A stretch of 64,000 bases of DNA, from positions 496,001 to 560,000 of the forward strand of contig OZ237756.1 in the NCBI GenBank assembly GCA_965178125.1. The letters are read 5' to 3'. Both the position numbers and the translations under genes were made by a program. The notes under the pieces were generated by a model. That model was given only the letters and a program-made list of their open reading frames with translations. It had not been told where the DNA came from and did not search any database. This document shows, one piece after another, positions 60,636 to 64,000 of the stretch. The stretch comes from Bilabrum cf. latius. Taxonomy: Eukaryota. How positions within the stretch are numbered: position 1 is the first letter of the stretch; each line of letters opens with the position of its first letter.

Positions 60636-62464
60636 CTATCCCTCACGAAAACTCAAGAATCGAAGAAACTTGCTTGCGATGCCCCTGGCGTTCTGCAGCA
60701 TCCTCAGTGCGTTCAGCGGACTCATGCTAATTTCGATGATACCGCTGTGCTTGCCGGCATTGGAAATCGGTACTAGCTTGATCTTTGCCTTGATCTTTCG
60801 TCTGCCAAACCACTCTTGTATCTTGGCTGCAGCAGCATCGGTTGGGGCGAAGACGACTTTCTTTGGACTCGCTTTCACCTTCTTGAGCAGCAAAGTGCTA
60901 CAGAACTCAACACTGCCACCGTCTGAGGCGTATCCGAGCTCTGCCAGGAACTCGCGCTTGGGCGCCTTCTGCATGAGGGCCTCCAGTTGTTTGTCTTCCA
61001 TGCTGATCTCGAATGGATGGTGTGGGCCGTCCAGGCCACGTACCCTGCGCACCTCGAAGCCTCTGTGCTCCAGCCACGACCTGATCCCTGCCGCTGTTGT
61101 TGGCTTCTTGCCACCACTAGCGCCGGCGCGCGGGCGCCACCACGCGTACACCGAGCCTGGCACCGCGTACCTCTCCGAGTCGGTTGATTCCCCCCTCACT
61201 GAGATCTCTGGCCCACCAGCGCCCCGGAGTCGGGGCTCGTCTTGCGATACAGCCTCCCCGGCTGTTGGCATGTAATATGATTCGATGCCCTTCCCGCCCA
61301 TGCTGTTGAATTCTCCTTCTTCCGAGCTAGAGCCGTCCATGCTCGCCGCTGCGTCTGTGTCTTGGGCTTGCTCTCCTCCTCCCTGTGTCGAGCTGCTCCC
61401 TGAGTCCACCACTCTGGGACCCTTGGCATGCTCAGTTGCACCTCCCTCTGCAGCGGTAGTCCCTCTTTTTATATCGCTCGCTTGGCGGTCATCGGGGCGG
61501 ACCGAGAAGGGTGTAGATCCGGCTCCTGCTTCCTCGCCTGCCCCTGCTCCTTTCGCGTCGAGTAAACTCCTTGCAGCTTCGACATCCACTGTGCCGAGCT
61601 TGTCTAAAAGCCAGAACGCGAGGGTAGCCGACTAACGCCACCGCTTTGCATCGCCGGTGACACTGGGCGATCCTGTCGAGCCCGTCCTAAAGCTCATATC
61701 CATGACTTGCATTACCTCATGTAGCCGACCCCGGGACTCTCCTGACGCGGATGCCGTTTGCAGATTGATAAACCTAGTGAGAGGGTCGGTGCCAGTGACT
61801 TTGAGCTGTGCCACGAGTAGATCCGGCCCGGACTACATCGGTTGAACACTAGGTGATGTCAATGCCGCAGAAGCCCGGGCCAACTCGTGAAGCCCACCAA
61901 TGCGGTGCCCCATTCGAGTTACTAGTGTGTCTGCAGCTTGTAGAGTATCAGACACAAAGTGAAGTAAGCCAGCTGTTTCAATATACGGAATGGGAGTGCC
62001 CATCTATGCTGCCTTGTGATCTGCTCTATAGATCGCAAGTGCACTGGCGGCGATTTCATCTCCAGCTGCGATGAATGAGAGGATTTGTGCAAAGTTTTAC
62101 GGCAACTTGATCGCAAAGTCAGTTTCAGTAGGAGCCAAACCATCAACGTAGCAATACACTTACATTGTGCTCGCACTGGTTCGTCCTCAGCCTCCAATGC
62201 CGCACCAACAATCCTTTGGAAAGCTGCTGGATTCGGGTCAATGGCGGTATCTTCACCATCAGCTGAAATGAGGCTGAAGTATCCTGCTGGGTTCCATGCT
62301 AGCCACGTTTTGCCTTGTTTGGCGACGTGGCGCGTCATTTCGCCAGCTGCTGCAAGGTCCAATTGGTGGCGCCGCTCACGCCGGGTGAACCTTGCCATTG
62401 TATCGATTGATTGAACTTCAACCAACAGCATCCCGAGCACCAGCATGCTAGTCTGCGCGAGCAT
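60636..62464 (-). CDS. Unknown host protein, paralog of 56740-58834; boundaries approximate
   Basis: Near-identical 5' block and diverged but alignable C-terminal domain. Confidence 0.5.
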
Positions 62465-62741
62465 TGTGTCTGTAAGCTACCGAGAAAATGTCGCTTTCGA
62501 TCGGTCCCGGCGGAAAACTCGAAATTGAAACTCTCTCTCCAGTGGTGGTGCCTCACGACCGAACCTTCCCAGCAAATCGGTGAACCCTCTCCACCGGTCG
62601 AAGCAAATTGTCTTGGATCACGCAAACACACCAGACACTCTGACCGACACAGGCATGACTTCAAATGCATAGCAACTGTTAATGCGTGTCCTTGATGGTT
62701 AGTTAGATTGCTCTGAACTGCAAACGCTGTTCAGCAAACCG

Positions 62742-64000
62742 ATGGGCAAGCTTGTGGCTACTACGGCAATTAATCGGTCATATATGAGGCCAGGGAAGCG
62801 GTATCATGCCCACGGCGATCTATGGTGGGAATCTATGGGTAGTATGCCAGACAATAGGCCGAATCACGATTTTGCATCTTCGTACAAAGCATATGCTCTT
62901 CCCGTGATGCTTGGTCGATGTTCGAGCAGCATCGTACATCGCGTGTTGAAGGCCGGTAGCCCTGCAGAATCCACGGATGCCCTGGATGTCCATGATTTTA
63001 TTGCAGCGAACGTACCGCTTGTAAGTTGAAGTTCCCGAAGGTCTGGACAATAGCCATGTTTTGCGAATAGCTGTCAAACTGCAACTATGCTAGCTATGTA
63101 TCACTTTTTCGGAATGCAGTACGAACAGCTTAAGTTTTTTAGGTGCACGATGGTACGATGCATTCGAGAATGCTTGCCAGATGAGCTGGAGCTACTTGTC
63201 TTCTTCGCCGCGGCAAGCCCGCGACGGCAATTCCTGACGAGCGTGAGTTCCACACAGCACTTCCTCTTTATACTACCTATCATGCGCTGTTCAATCACAT
63301 GGCTGCTACTCAAAGCTGCACGCAGCCCCTACGCTCCCGTAGGATCATTAGGACCTTTCAAGACTGGGAATTCGACTGGCGCGATCATCCTGGGCAGAGG
63401 TCTGTGGGCACCTTGGGATGGAGGAGACTTTGGAGACTTTGCATTGTGCCCCTGCTCCATGCCGGGATACCCATGCCTCCTGACTTTGACCATAAAACGG
63501 ATGGCTTATTCAAGGATGGAAGCTCTCTTTGGAGAGTCACGGGCGTCACGCTCGAAGATGAATACAATGGTCTAATGTTTGACCCAACTACGTGGCTCCG
63601 CACCTTGTTTCAGCGACTCACGCCCGAGTAGCTGAAAGGAGTGCAGTACTACAACCCATTCAGGAAGCCCATGCGTCACATGCTCCACTGGCGAAGGGCT
63701 GTGGAGGCCAGAAGAGACGCGGGCATGGTGTTCTAGGCAGCTGCAGAGGGCAGGCCCATGGAGCTGGCCAGGAGGCTGAGGCTAGGCAAGCTCAGGGGCG
63801 GGCACATCAGCCTGGGGCAGATTACCATTGGGGGTGCAGTGCAAGGAGGATACAATGCGCTGACGGCGGCATGCACTGGTGGGCACGGGGCCTGCGTGCG
63901 TGTGCTTGCCGACGGGCTGCTGGATGCAGACGAGTACCTGAAGGGTCGGGATGGTGGTGGGAGGGGCTGCTGGGAGGTGGCTGTGGGGGATGCGGTGGGT
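62742..64000 (+). CDS. Repeated host family gene, truncated by the window end
   Basis: Aligns with 59112-60430. TAG at 63629 aligns with CAG at 59999. Confidence 0.6.

Noticed and set aside
1-64000. Ciliate-type code with both UAA and UAG as Gln
   Set aside because: TAA terminates Clp1, the packaging ATPase and other genes at expected C-termini and was not seen in frame.

Overview
This is GC-rich eukaryotic (protist-like) nuclear DNA with spliceosomal introns, interrupted by an AT-rich 17.3-kb endogenous mavirus-like virophage at 12181-29473. The element has ~955-bp terminal inverted repeats and a 5-bp ACAGC target-site duplication. Both the host genes and the virophage genes are full of in-frame TAG codons that read as Gln, while TAA and TGA remain stops, which is why the supplied ORF track fragments most genes. 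Read with TAG=Gln, the virophage encodes an rve integrase with chromodomain, an SF3 helicase (one frameshift), a protein-primed PolB with an OTU-like domain, a permuted-papain peptidase, a P-loop protein, major and minor capsid proteins, a packaging ATPase and a maturation protease. It also carries two copies of a GC-rich, structured 255/362-bp secondary insertion. Host genes include a P4-ATPase, an ankyrin protein, Clp1, a sialidase-like protein, CHMP1, a p24 protein, a long PTEN-like protein, a ~3000-aa RWD-PP2C protein, RBM39 and a tandemly repeated head-to-head gene pair of unknown function. The 12-mer GTGTGACGAGTG is strongly over-represented in host coding DNA. All translations, alignments and counts were done by eye, and the host organism cannot be named from this window.
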